Shown here one piece after another: positions 1-11,358 of a stretch of 64,000 nt of DNA. The stretch comes from Eledone cirrhosa. Lineage: Eukaryota. A program made the translations under genes and the position numbers. How positions within the stretch are numbered: position 1 is the first letter of the stretch; each line of letters begins with the position of its first letter. The stretch is from NCBI GenBank assembly GCA_964016885.1, contig OZ024743.1:191022001-191086000 (forward strand), given 5' to 3'. The notes below the pieces were generated by a model. That model did not search any database, was not told the origin of the DNA, and was given only the letters and a program-made list of their open reading frames with translations.

Positions 1-2776
1 ATTGTCCTCTCCTTCAGTACAATTCTGAGCATTGGCTCCCTACTATCGGTCACGTATTTGTGTAGGTTGTTTTTCTCCATCTGAACACAGTCTTCTATGC
101 TGATAAGACCTCTTCCACCTTCAGATCTCCTTAAGTAGAGTCTATCGACATCACCCCTCTTGTGGAACATGCTGTAGATAGTCAATAGCTTCCTAGTCTT
201 CCTATCCATTTCTTTTTGTTCAGCAACATTCCATCTCAGAATTCCCGTACTGTACCTAATAATAGACACAGCTCGGGAATTTACTGCACTTATGGCATTC
301 CTACTGTTCAGATGTGACTTTAATACGCTCCTTACTCTCCGAATGTATTCAGTTCTTATCAATTCCTTCATTTTTTTGTTCTTGATGTCATCAGCCTCCA
401 GAACACCTAAATATTTGTATCCTTCTTCGGTATCAATTTCCTTTATCATCTCACCTGTTGGTACCTGGATTCTGTTGCCTCTGCTCAATTCACCCCTCTT
501 CATCTCAAAGACTCCACACTTACTAATACCAAATTGCATACATATTTCATTGCTGAAAATACGGACAGTGTCAGCAAGCACATCCAACTCCTTCTCACTC
601 TTCCCGAATAGCTTAAGATCGTCCATGAAGAGCAGGTGATTGATGGTAAGCCCTTCCTTTTCCAACTTGTATCTTGCGCTTACTTTTGGCAGTATAATGG
701 TCAGGGGGATCAGGGCAAGGCAAACAACAGAGGGGACAAACTATCTCCCTGGCAGATATCTCTCTTGATCTTCACGCCTCCCAAGGATTCTCCGCCCGAT
801 GTTAACTCTGTTTTCCAGGACTTCATACTTTTGCTCAACAACTGTCTGATGTTATCTGCCACACTGAAGATCTCTAGGATTTTGGTCATCCAAGAATGAG
901 GTACCATGTCGAATGCCTTTTTGTAGTCTATCCATCCCATGGCAAGACCAGTGTGTCTCCTCTTGCAATTCCTCATTACCTTTCCAATTATCTTATCAAT
1001 AAGTAGCTGGTCCTTTGTACCACGGGACTTCTTTCGGCATCCTTTCTGTTCGTCCGGTTATAAGTTGTTTATGTTGAGGTGATGGTAGATTTCCTCAGAC
1101 ATAATGCTTGTTAACAGTTTCCACATTACGGACAGCATGTGATAGGTCTATAGTTGGTAACATCATTAGCCTTGGTTCGGTCTTTCATTACTAGAACTGT
1201 GGTACCTTTTGTCTACCACTCTGGTACCTCCCCTGACATCAAACAGTCATTGAACATGGTTGTCAGTTTCGGGTGGAAGGATGTTTTATTTTTAATCCAA
1301 TACCCCTGCACACCATCTGGGCCTGGTGATTTCCAGTCGGTTAGTTTTCTGGCTGCCCCTTAAGAGTTTCAACTGTGATACTCAAATCAGTTTGTTGGTG
1401 TGCCTGTTCACTAATCTCCTTTTGTACTGTCTCAATCCACACTGCCTGATCATTATGTTCAACATCCTGCTCCTATATTCCCCTCCAGAATGTCTTAGTT
1501 TGTTCCGCCTCGGGGATCAAGTCGTTGCCTCTTTCTTACTCTTCAAGCTGTCCAAACAACATCTTCTGGTCGTCGTCAAACATGCGGTTATGTCTATATT
1601 GACTGACTCTGCTCTTGTATCGCCTAATATTTGCGCTCCCTTGCTACAATGCGTTGCTTCAGTTCCTCTATGATAATATTTAGATTTTTCCTCCTAGGTT
1701 TGTACTTCATTTCCAGTCTATTTTTAGTGTCTATGTTTTGTAATGTCCCATTCAGTAGGGACTCAAGCTTTCCAATGTCATTTCTCATTTCCCTGATTTT
1801 ACCATTCAGTCGTTTCTTCCACCATGGTGGAATCTTTCTTGTTTGTTGGTTTCTCTCGCTTTTATGCCAAGTAATTTCCTCACCGCATTTACTGTTGCTT
1901 TGAGGATATTGTTGCACTGGTGAAGGTTCCTCGCCTCAAGGTATGGGATGACTTTGTTTACCTTAGCTGCTGTTTCTTTTAACTTTTTCCTGTCTACAAA
2001 TCTTAGGTTCATATCATTGTTCAATTCATCTACCACTAAGTTTAGGATATCTACCAAATCTTGTCCTAGCCCGTCAGCATTCATCTCCTCAATGGCCGTA
2101 TCTTTGTTCCAGGTATTATTTATTTCAGCATTCAGATCATTGTCTGCTTCGGATGGTTCCTCCGTTCTCTCAACCTCTTCACCTTCATCTCCCACTGGCT
2201 CGTTTGCCTGACATACTCCACCCTCCATCTCCAAGCTAATCTCTCTGCCCAGTTCCTCCAGTTCTAGCTCGCTTATCCATCCATTAGTTCTTATTACACG
2301 AGCCTGCCCGGCCAGTTTTTGTTCATCTAATTTAAATGGACCAATCTCGTTCCAGATGTTATGCATCCTTTTCCTATAGCCTTTCTCCTTGGGGTTACTC
2401 TTCAGGTAACATTGCATAACAGTTCTATTCAATTCTTTCGTCCAGTTGGTTCTGGTCCCTTTCCTTCTTTTTCTTCCTCCGACACCAGCAGTATTTGGTT
2501 GACAGCCAGGTCCCTGCTGCTGAGCCAGGGAGCACCTGTTGGGTGAGAGTCTGTCACATGACATTCTAGTCTCTATTTCACCGTTATTCGAACTGTTTAG
2601 GTTCGACATTTAAACACTCTTATCGAGGATTGGCGAATGTATGGTTACATAACCACCGGTGAATTACTTGTCTCCGGTGGTTTCGTCACTCCACGTGACT
2701 TTTGTGTGGCATTATCACGCTGTAGACGAACCCAAACAAACAAACAAACAAACAGGCAGAAAAAAGCCCAAAAATA
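1..2776 (-). mobile_element. Dong/R4-clade (RLE-type) non-LTR retrotransposon, copy A; 5' end present, ORF broken by frameshifts and deletions, continues off the window edge
   Basis: Minus-strand ORF pieces: 1806-2609 (RTNWTKELN Myb-like N-terminus), 1624-1917 (PPWWKKRL), 710-976 ([27 protein letters not shown] motifs). Bases 1-1170 closely match copy C at about 7880-9060. Confidence 0.88.
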
Positions 2777-2777
2777 A

Positions 2778-5700
2778 ATTTTTGTTGGCAGACACTGATC
2801 TTGTGCTGATATAATCAGTCCTTCAGTCTCCGATTTCAGTCCAGAGGATGCCAACCACTGATGGGTTAAAGTTTTGTCAACATCAGGATTGTTAGCTCGC
2901 TCTGGGTATTTTCCATACAGAGGCTTTTTTTGCCATTTCTTAGCCAGTTTCTGTAGCAGTTCTTTCTTTGCAGTTACTTTTACCTGCTTTGCTTTTTCTG
3001 TGTTTTCCATTTCAGCAGTAAATGGGACTTCTGAAATTTGTAGTCCATTACTGTATCTTTGTGCATCTTTTGTAATGGAATATGATCTTTTGATGCTTTC
3101 GTGTTTCAAAACGAGTTTGATCATCCAATCATGTGATTCCCTTAGATATGTAGATAATCCAATTGTTGCAGTTTTCAACGCAATGTCTAACTGGATTAAC
3201 CCACGTCCTCCTTATTTCCTAGGGAGATATATTATATCTATATCTGCCTTAGGGTGATGCATTCTGTGCATGGTTAAGAATTTTCGAATTTTTGTATCGA
3301 GCCTACGGATCTCTGTGCTTGACCAGTTGATGACATTGTAACTGTAGGTTACTACTGGTATGGCAAGCGTGTTTATGGCATCGATCCTATTCCTTGCATT
3401 CAATTCCGTTCTTAAGATTGCTCTTACTCTGCGGTAACATTCCTTCCTTATCCTTTCCCTCATTGTCGAGTGCTTGATTCCGTCTCCTTCACAAACACCT
3501 AGATATTTGTAAGTTTTTTCTTGATCAAGTTCTCTTATCACGTTCCCCCGATCAAGATTAATGTCTGAACTCTTCAGCAGCTTTCCTCTGGTGAACGTTG
3601 CTTTGGCGCATTTATCTAGTCCAAACTCCATTTTAATGTCATCACTGAACTGCTCCACAGTGGATAATAGCCCTTGCAATTGTTCATAATTTTTTGCAAA
3701 TAGTTTCATGTCATCCATGTAGAACAGGTGATTAATGGTTTTGTCATAGACTTTATATCCATGTTTTGTTTCATTGAGCATTTTACTTAATGACATAAGT
3801 GCGATGCAGAATAAAAGCGGTGATAAAGAGTCACCCTGAAAAATTCCACAATTAATATTAACTTCTCCAGCTTCCAGTGATTTTGTTTCACTATTCAAAA
3901 GGAGTGTCGTTTTCCATGTCTTCATACTGAATGACAAAAACCTCCTGACAACGGGGGATATTTTGAAAATCTCTAAACATTTTTCAATCCAACTGCGTGG
4001 CAAACTATCAAATGCTTTTTTATAATCTATCCAAGCAATCGATAGATTTTTGTGTCTATTATGACAATCTTCCAGTATCATTTTGTTAACCAGAAGCTGA
4101 TCCTTACAGCCATATGAGCCTCGTTTACACCCTTTCTGCTCAATGGGAAATAGGTCATTTGTTATCAGGTGGTCATATGTGTATTCAGTTAGGACTGATG
4201 TTAACATTTTATACATTGTGGTTAAGCAAGTTATCGGTCTGTAATTTTTGGGATTGTTTGTCTCATCATTCTTTGGAAGCAGGAATGTAATGCCGTTAAC
4301 TAGCCATGATGGTATCTTTTCTGGCTCCTTAACTATTTCATTGTAAAGTTGGGCTAACAGCTCATAAGACTCTGTGAAGGCATTTATCCAAAAGTTTTGT
4401 ATTTTGTCTTTTCCTGGGGATTTCGATTTGCTGGTTTTTCTCAGAGCCAAGCGCAAATGTTCAACTGTTATATTTTCCCATATTTGTTCCTCAAGGTGAG
4501 CTGTATCTTTCATTTGTCTGTCTATCCATGGGGCATGTATGTTATGAACTTTTTCTTCGGCCCAGATCTTTTCCCAGCATTCTTGCACTTCCTCCTTGGG
4601 TGGTATTGATTTAGCAGTTATTGTTGACTTACCAATTTTTCTGTAGAAGTTTCTTTGGTTGTTTTTGAACATATTATTGTCCTTATAGAATCTAAATCGT
4701 TTTTCAAAGCGCCTTATACGAGCAGCTTTGGCCGACACTTTTTGCTTGATTATTTCTATCAGCATGTCTATGTCACATGTTGATTTTATACTGTACTTCT
4801 TTTTCAATTTTCTAAGTTTAGTTTGTTTAACATGTTCACCTACTTTATAGTTTGTTAAAATTTCTATGTCAGATCGGAGAAGGTTTATTTGGCTATTGAT
4901 GTTCTCTTGCCAAATAGATTTCTTGTGGGAATTCCTTTGTTTTTTCATCTTCACTCCACATAAGTGAGTGGTGACTTTAGCCGATGCATAATATAGATGA
5001 TTTAAATCAGTAATGTTTAGTTTGTTTGTGATGATAATGTTTTTGACAATTATGTTAGTCTTGTGTATTGTCTTTTGGTTCTGTTTGGAGTTCTGGATCT
5101 TAGGGAGGGTGTCTCGTTGCCCCATGTCAGATTCTTTCATTTTCATCCATTCGATCATAATTTCATCCTTCAAGTTGGCAAGTTCATTCTCATTCATTTC
5201 TTTATCATTTACGATCTCATTATTTTCATTTGGAGTTTCATCCTGAGCATGCACTCCCTCCACTTTTTCGATCCTTTCTTTAATTTGTTCTGTTGCCAGT
5301 GATTCCGCCCCAACCCTGGGATTCGAAGTGTTACAGTTTACCTCGTTTTCACTGACACATGTTTCATTTTCCCTTCGCTGACTTTGTGCTGATAGCTTGA
5401 TCTGATCAATTTCTATATCAGTTAGTAACTTTTGTCTTACAATATTTCTTCGTATATTGGCTAGTTTGTTACTGTCAATATAGCCTCTGTTTTCGGGATG
5501 TTTCTTTTTCCAGTTGATATATGTCTGTTCTGTATTCGATGTATTTTATGGGTAGTACATGGCAGTGTAGAACGCCTCAAGGACCTCTTTATTATCTTCC
5601 CTTGACCATTTTTCTCTCTTTTTCTTTGGATTTCATGGTGGTGAGCATGGAGGGCCAACAGTAGGAGTATTCTGGTTACGGGAGGTCTCCAGCTCCGAAG

Positions 5701-5998
5701 TGATGGGAAGGTTTGAACCATTAGCTGATTTTTCGACCACAGTCTGGTTCCTCTCTGAGGGACGCGGCCCTTTTTTACCCGGGTGACGGCCGATCCGGTA
5801 TGAGATTTTATCATTAGACATTTACTTTATTTTGTCGTGTTTTATCCTTATCCGCCAAGGAGTAATCATTTCGTGTTACCACTTCTAGAACGAGTGTCAA
5901 CCAAGACTAGAGGGGTCGTTCTCCCCTAGAGACACGGCTATTCCCCGCCGGCGGCCATCCCGGTATTTCTTGGTCACGGGGTTTTCTTTTGTTGTTTT
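2778..5998 (-). mobile_element. Dong/R4-clade non-LTR retrotransposon, copy B (different family); 5' UTR and most of the ORF, C-terminus interrupted by copy A
   Basis: ATG at 5821, then KREKWSREDN; RT in 3212-5263 ([38 protein letters not shown]); continues past a stop into 2645-3178 (GLKSETEGLIISAQDQ), where homology stops abruptly at about 2778. Confidence 0.9.
3212..5263 (-). pseudogene. Reverse transcriptase segment of Dong/R4 copy B (premature stops on both sides)
   Basis: 683-aa ORF with the full set of non-LTR RT motifs; in-frame stops at about 5633, about 5545 and 3212 (PRK*GGRGL). Confidence 0.88.
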
Positions 5999-6067
5999 TT
6001 TAAATTGTTATTATCATGAGTGGTTCCTTAATGTGAGCATTGCGTGGCTTAAGAATGAAATTATTAA

Positions 6068-6115
6068 TAATTGTCTCCACTCCAGGAACAAGGCCAGCAA
6101 TCACCCAGTGCATTA
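6068..6115 (-). mobile_element. 3' tail fragment of the window's tRNA-type SINE
   Basis: aattgtctccactccaggaacaaggccagcaatcacccagtgcattac matches the reverse complement of the SINE 3' end (compare 63323-63370). Confidence 0.65.
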
Positions 6116-6129
6116 CAATAATATAATAT

Positions 6130-6953
6130 ACTTTTTGCTGTAGTTGTCTGTTATTGTTGTTGGCTATGTCGGTGGTGGTGCCGGGGATTTTTATATTGTT
6201 GGTGAGGAAGAGGTGAGTCAGCAGTTCCATAGTTGTTGATGTTGACGTTTGGCCGGTGGCCAGGTCACTAAGTGAATCTATTTATATATTTTGCTAGCCT
6301 CTCCCTTGTCTAGTGATACAGCCACCTTCCTCTTTCTCTCTCAAGTTAACAGGGGAATAGTGGTGGTAGCAATGGAGGAGTTGTGGCGGCGGCGATGGGA
6401 TAGTGGTAGCAATGATGGATGGGGTATCTATGAGTTTGTGTTCGTATGTTTAAAACATATTGTGTTGACATATTCCCGTAAAATTGGAACTAAGCATTTT
6501 TTGGAATTAAACATTTTGTTAAAATTTGAGACAATAATAATAGTAATTATTATTATGATGCTGGGATTGATGGTGGTGGTGGTGAAATTGCCGTTATCTG
6601 GCTGTTATATTTAGTGTGATGGGATAGGTGGTGTATCAAGTTTCTGGTGTTGGTGAAATTGCTGTTATTTGGCTGATCTATATAGTGTAGACAGAGGGTG
6701 TTTTCTTCCATTTATAACCATTTTCTTTTTTTGAATACAAAATATATAATACAAAATTGAATATTTGAGCGATATAACAATATAATATGGATCCGAAATT
6801 TTATGGGACTTCATTCGGTGCATTTATGCAACATTTGTACTGTGTTATTTCACAATTGATTTAAATATGTTAAAAATCAAAAACTTACGGGACCGATTTC
6901 ATGACCTTCTACCACCTCGTGCGTCTTCTTCCCTTATTCTGCGTCTTCTTCCC

Positions 6954-6955
<2 letters not shown>
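6130..6955 (-). mobile_element. Possible 5' UTR/ORF1 remnant of another Tx1-like LINE
   Basis: Starts next to (ATT)n. The minus strand begins ...cccgtaagtttttg, like the aagtttt(t)g leaders of the two Tx1 elements, followed by A/C-rich (acc)n-type sequence. No diagnostic protein motif. Confidence 0.3.
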
Positions 6956-6985
<30 letters not shown>

Positions 6986-9067
6986 GTTGTTATTCCTTGA
7001 ATCTCAGTCATTGATGTTGGTTAACTGGAAAGTCCGTTGGATTGAATATCAAGCCACTACCTGCAGCCTCAGATATTCAGGACGTATCGGAGGGTTCTTG
7101 CTGTTCCAGGCAAGCATGCCTTTTGAAGCGTTCCAAAAAGCGTGAAGGGGCCGATTTTCTTTAACCATCCCTGGAAACTTTTGGAGATAGTCCCCAGTGC
7201 GCCTATGACAATCGGGATCACTTTGACTTCATGGCAGTTCCAAATCCTTTTCATCTCCCACTTTAGGTCCTGGTATCGGTTAATTTTCTCCCTCTCCTTC
7301 TCTTGCACTCTCGTGTCGAACGGGGAGGCCACATCCACAATCAGACACGATCTTTTTTCTTTGTCCACAACCACCAGGTCAGGTCTATTGTGTTCCAGTT
7401 TTTTGTCCGTCTGTATCCTAAAATCCCACAGCACCTTCACCTGATTGTTCTCCATCACCGCCTCTGGCCTATGCTCATACCATTTCTCAGAATGTGGTAA
7501 ATTGTTTACTTTGCACAGGTGCCAGTGGATCACCCTGCCCATCACATCGTGTCTCCAGCCCTTATAGTGGGTCTGGGCTAGGTGTTTACACTCGGACACA
7601 ATGTGAGCCACAGTCTCCTCTCTCTCTCCACAGATCCTGCACAGTGGGCTAGCCTCCTCCTTGTAAATATGGTGCTTCAACCACTTCGTTTTGAGGGCCT
7701 GCTCCTGCGCAGCCATTAGCATTCCTTCTGCAGCCTTTTTGAGGTCTCCTCTTCTCAACCAGTTCCATGTCTGTGGATCTCTAAATTCAGTTTTCTCAAA
7801 GAAGGTACTATGAAGGGATTTTCGCTTAAGGCTGCTCTTCCTCCTTGATGTTATTTCCTCCTTGGACATCCCCTGGCCTACTGTCCCCTCCTTCAGTACA
7901 GTTCTGAGCATTGGCTCCTTGCTATAGGTCACGTATTTGTATAGGTTGTTTTTCTCCATCTGAACACAGTCCTCTATGCTGATAAGACCTCTTCCACCCT
8001 CAGATCTCCTTAGGTAGAGTCTATCGACATCACTCCTCTTGTGGAACATGTTGTAGATAGTCAATAGCTTCCTAGTCTTCCTATCCATTTCTTTTTGTTC
8101 AGCAACATTCCATCTCAGAATTCCCGCACTGTACCTGATAATAGACACAGCTCGGGAATTTACTGCGCTTATGGCATTTCTGCTGTTCAGATGTGACTTC
8201 AATACGCTCCTTACTCTCCGAATGTATTCAGTTCTTAACAATTCCTTCATTTTTTTGTTCTTCATGCCATCAGCCTCCAGAACGCCCAAATACTTGTATC
8301 CATCCTCAGAGTCAATATCCTTTATCATCTCACCTGTTGGTATATGGATCCCGTTACTTCTGCTCAACCTACCCCTCTTCATCACAATGACTCCACATTT
8401 ACCAATACCAAACTGCATACATATATCACTGCTGAAAATACGGACAGTGTCAACAAGCACATCCAACTCCTTCTCACTTTTCCCGAAGAGCTTAAGATCG
8501 TCAATGAAGAGGAGCTGATTGATGGTAAGCTCTCCCCTTCCCAACTTGTATCCTGCTCTCACTTTCGCAGCATAATGGTCAAGGGCATCAGGGCAAGGAC
8601 AAACAACAGAGGGGACAGGCTATCTCCCTGGAAGATACCTCTCTTGATCTTCACGCTTCCCCAGGATACTCCAGTTGATGTCAACTCTGTCTCCCAGGAC
8701 CCCATACTCCTGCCTAGCAACTGTCTGATGTTATCTGCTACCCTGAAGATCTCCAGGCTTTTCGTGATCCAGGAATGAGGCACCATGTCAAATGCCTTTC
8801 TGTAGTCTATCCATCCCATGGCAAGATCAGTGTGTCTCCTCCTGCAATTCCCCATTACCATCTTATCAATAAGCAACTGGTCCTTTGTACCACGTGACTT
8901 CTTTCGGCATCCTTTCTGTTCGTCCGGTAACAAGTTGTTTGTGTGGAGGTGATGGTAGATTTCCTCAGACACAATGCTCGTCAACAGTTTCCACATTACG
9001 GACAGACATGTGATAGGTCTATAGTTGGTAACATCATTACCCTTGTTTCGGTCTTTCATTATCAGAA
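6956..9067 (-). mobile_element. Dong/R4-clade element, copy C; 5'-truncated, intact 3' end with (TAA)n tail
   Basis: ORFs 8559-9059 and 7069-8562 (one frameshift): RT (FIDD), CCHC knuckle CRICGEREETVAHIVSEC, RLE motif RPDLVVVDK...IVDVASPFD...EKINRYQDL. Flanked by (ATT)n at 6955-6990 and 9068-9113. Same family as copy A. Confidence 0.93.
7069..9059 (-). pseudogene. RT - zinc knuckle - restriction-like endonuclease ORF of Dong copy C
   Basis: Two consecutive ORFs joined by a frameshift at about 8560; motifs as listed for copy C. Confidence 0.9.

Positions 9068-9113
<46 letters not shown>
9068..9113. repeat. (ATT)n microsatellite, shared flank of Dong copy C and Tx1 element 1
   Basis: Direct reading of the sequence. 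Confidence 0.97.
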
Positions 9114-9321
9114 GGCGACCTACGTAGTAAATCGTATCATCGTGAGCTCCGCAAAGTTTTGTTATTTCCGTTTGTTAAAAATTGTTATTTATGGAAAATT
9201 TTATTGTTAACTGTTTATAAGCGCACATCCATTGTTTTCCGAAAAGGACACCCAAAAAGATTGGGGCCTTGTGCCCAAAATTTAAACTTTTATTATTATC
9301 AAAAAATTTCTTTGGAAAAAA

Positions 9322-11283
9322 ATGGCTAATTCACCTCTGCAACAAGCAGCTGAAAGCCTTCCTCACAAATTAACACCTCAGACCGACACCACCATTGTAA
9401 ATGTTACTACGTTTGCCAACACAAAAAAAAATATAAGCAGTAGCAATATTTTAAATTTGTCTCAGGCAGACATTCATTTCCCGCCATTACCAATGACTGC
9501 AGGTGTTAAAGCCTCCACCACCACCACCACCGCGACAACCACCACCCCCACCACCACCGCGACAACAGAAACAAAAGAAGAAAAAAATTAATTAACTCGT
9601 GATGTCGAAATGAAATCAAGCAAAATGGACTCTTCCCCACCAAAGACGACTGACGTCACCACCACCACAACTGAAACTAAAATTAATATTAACACAAATA
9701 ACGATACCAACAACAACAACAATGACATTATAAAACCGACCCTCAGTTTCGCCAGAGTAGCAAAACAGTTCGAAGCATTTACGGTAACTCAGGAGGATTT
9801 AGAAAATGCTAAACAAATGGTAAAGAAAGATGGATACAGGGCCAGCCCCCCCCCCCCCCCCACACACACACACCTAATAAAATGGAGCATCGGCGCCTAT
9901 GCACCGTGTCGTATAGAACAATAAATGTAAAATTGCGCCGAGTGGAACGGGCATCCGAGTCCCAAATCCAAAAAGCTTTGGGACATGTGTGGGCAAGAAA
10001 AACCCACATCAGACGTGGGCAAAAGTATGGAACCGTGGACGTGTTCTTTGAAACACCAGAGGAGGCTAGAGAACACTCCATGGCCCCATTAAGAAGTGAC
10101 GACTTCACACTCGTCCCAAGCTATTGTGGCCAGAGACTCTTAAAGATCAGGGTGACCCACGTTCTACCGGCCATCGAAATTCCCTGGCTAATAGCGGCTG
10201 TCCTCGCCGGCATCGAAGCCAACACGAAAATAATAGCAATAGCAAAAGAAAAGCAGGAGAACTGGTCCGGATCTGGGATGGAGCTCCTGATCCAAGCGGA
10301 CCAAAAAAGCATTGAGGAGATCCCAGAGGTAATAGACCTCACTGACTTGCCACCTCACGGTAATTGTCGAGGGCAGAAGACCTAGGTGTGTCGTTTGTGG
10401 TGAAGGAACCCACCTAAGGGCTTTCTGCCCTCAGGCTAAAAGGTTGAGGCCACCTATCCTACCCACCCCAGTGACACAACCATCAACACCACCAGTAGCA
10501 GAGATGGCAGCAACAACTGTAGCAGCAACAACAGAAGCAACTATAACAGCAACAACCCCAGCAACAGTAGCAAAACCAACACCACCACCACCACCAGCAA
10601 AACCAACACCACCACCACCCAACGCTTCAGAACTAGCACCAGCGCCTACACCATCCACCACGCCACAACCAAAACTAACGGCTGTGGAGGATTTTCCACT
10701 CCCCGGCCTATCACAACTGGAGACAGATTGTGACGACGAGGAGTGGGAAACGATATCCGGAAAAAAAAAGAAACCAAAAAAGAAAAAATTCTCTTCCTTC
10801 CCCCTCCAAAAACAAAATACAGAGGGAAACAAATAAATTAAGAAACAAAAAAGTTAGGACAGATATGCCACCATCCACACCAGCATCACCAACCCCATCA
10901 ACCCTAACACCAACACCATCACCATCATTAACCCCAACACCCCCATCACCTACACCACAAAAGTCACCAAAATGCGAAACAGAAACAAACCCACAACAAA
11001 CGCAAACAAAACAAAACAACCAAAACGATACACACTACACAGCATTAAATTTGAACAACAAGCAATTATTACACTACATCCAACACAACACCAGCATCAC
11101 AGAAAAAGACTACACAACAACCCAAAAATTCACACCACCTCCACACATACAAATCACTCGCATCACACAGAAAACGTACATGACACTAAAACAAAAATTC
11201 CCCAAAGACATCGGAGACTTCCGACAAACACTCTCCAGGAGGATTTATAAGGACATCCTTCCTGAAGAGGCCACAAGCAGTGA
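9322..11283 (+). pseudogene. Tx1 element 1 ORF1 (gag-like: RRM-like region, CCHC knuckle, Pro/Thr-rich linker, small C-terminal domain)
   Basis: Consecutive ORF pieces 9322-9591, 9610-9924, 9882-10385, 10444-10836 and 10730-11362. Most breaks fall in homopolymer runs. Colinear with ORF 42870-44558. Confidence 0.75.
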
Positions 11284-11358
11284 AAAGGATGGAAAAACCG
11301 TCCTTCCCCTACGAGAAGTAGGTAGTGGTCTTTCCCATCTTTTCCACTCCTTTTCAAC

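Noticed and set aside
2650-2700. Hammerhead in the Dong A leader (gucac/gugac-GAAA-stem-UU)
   Set aside because: The CUGANGA box is absent; kept only as an unassigned structured leader.
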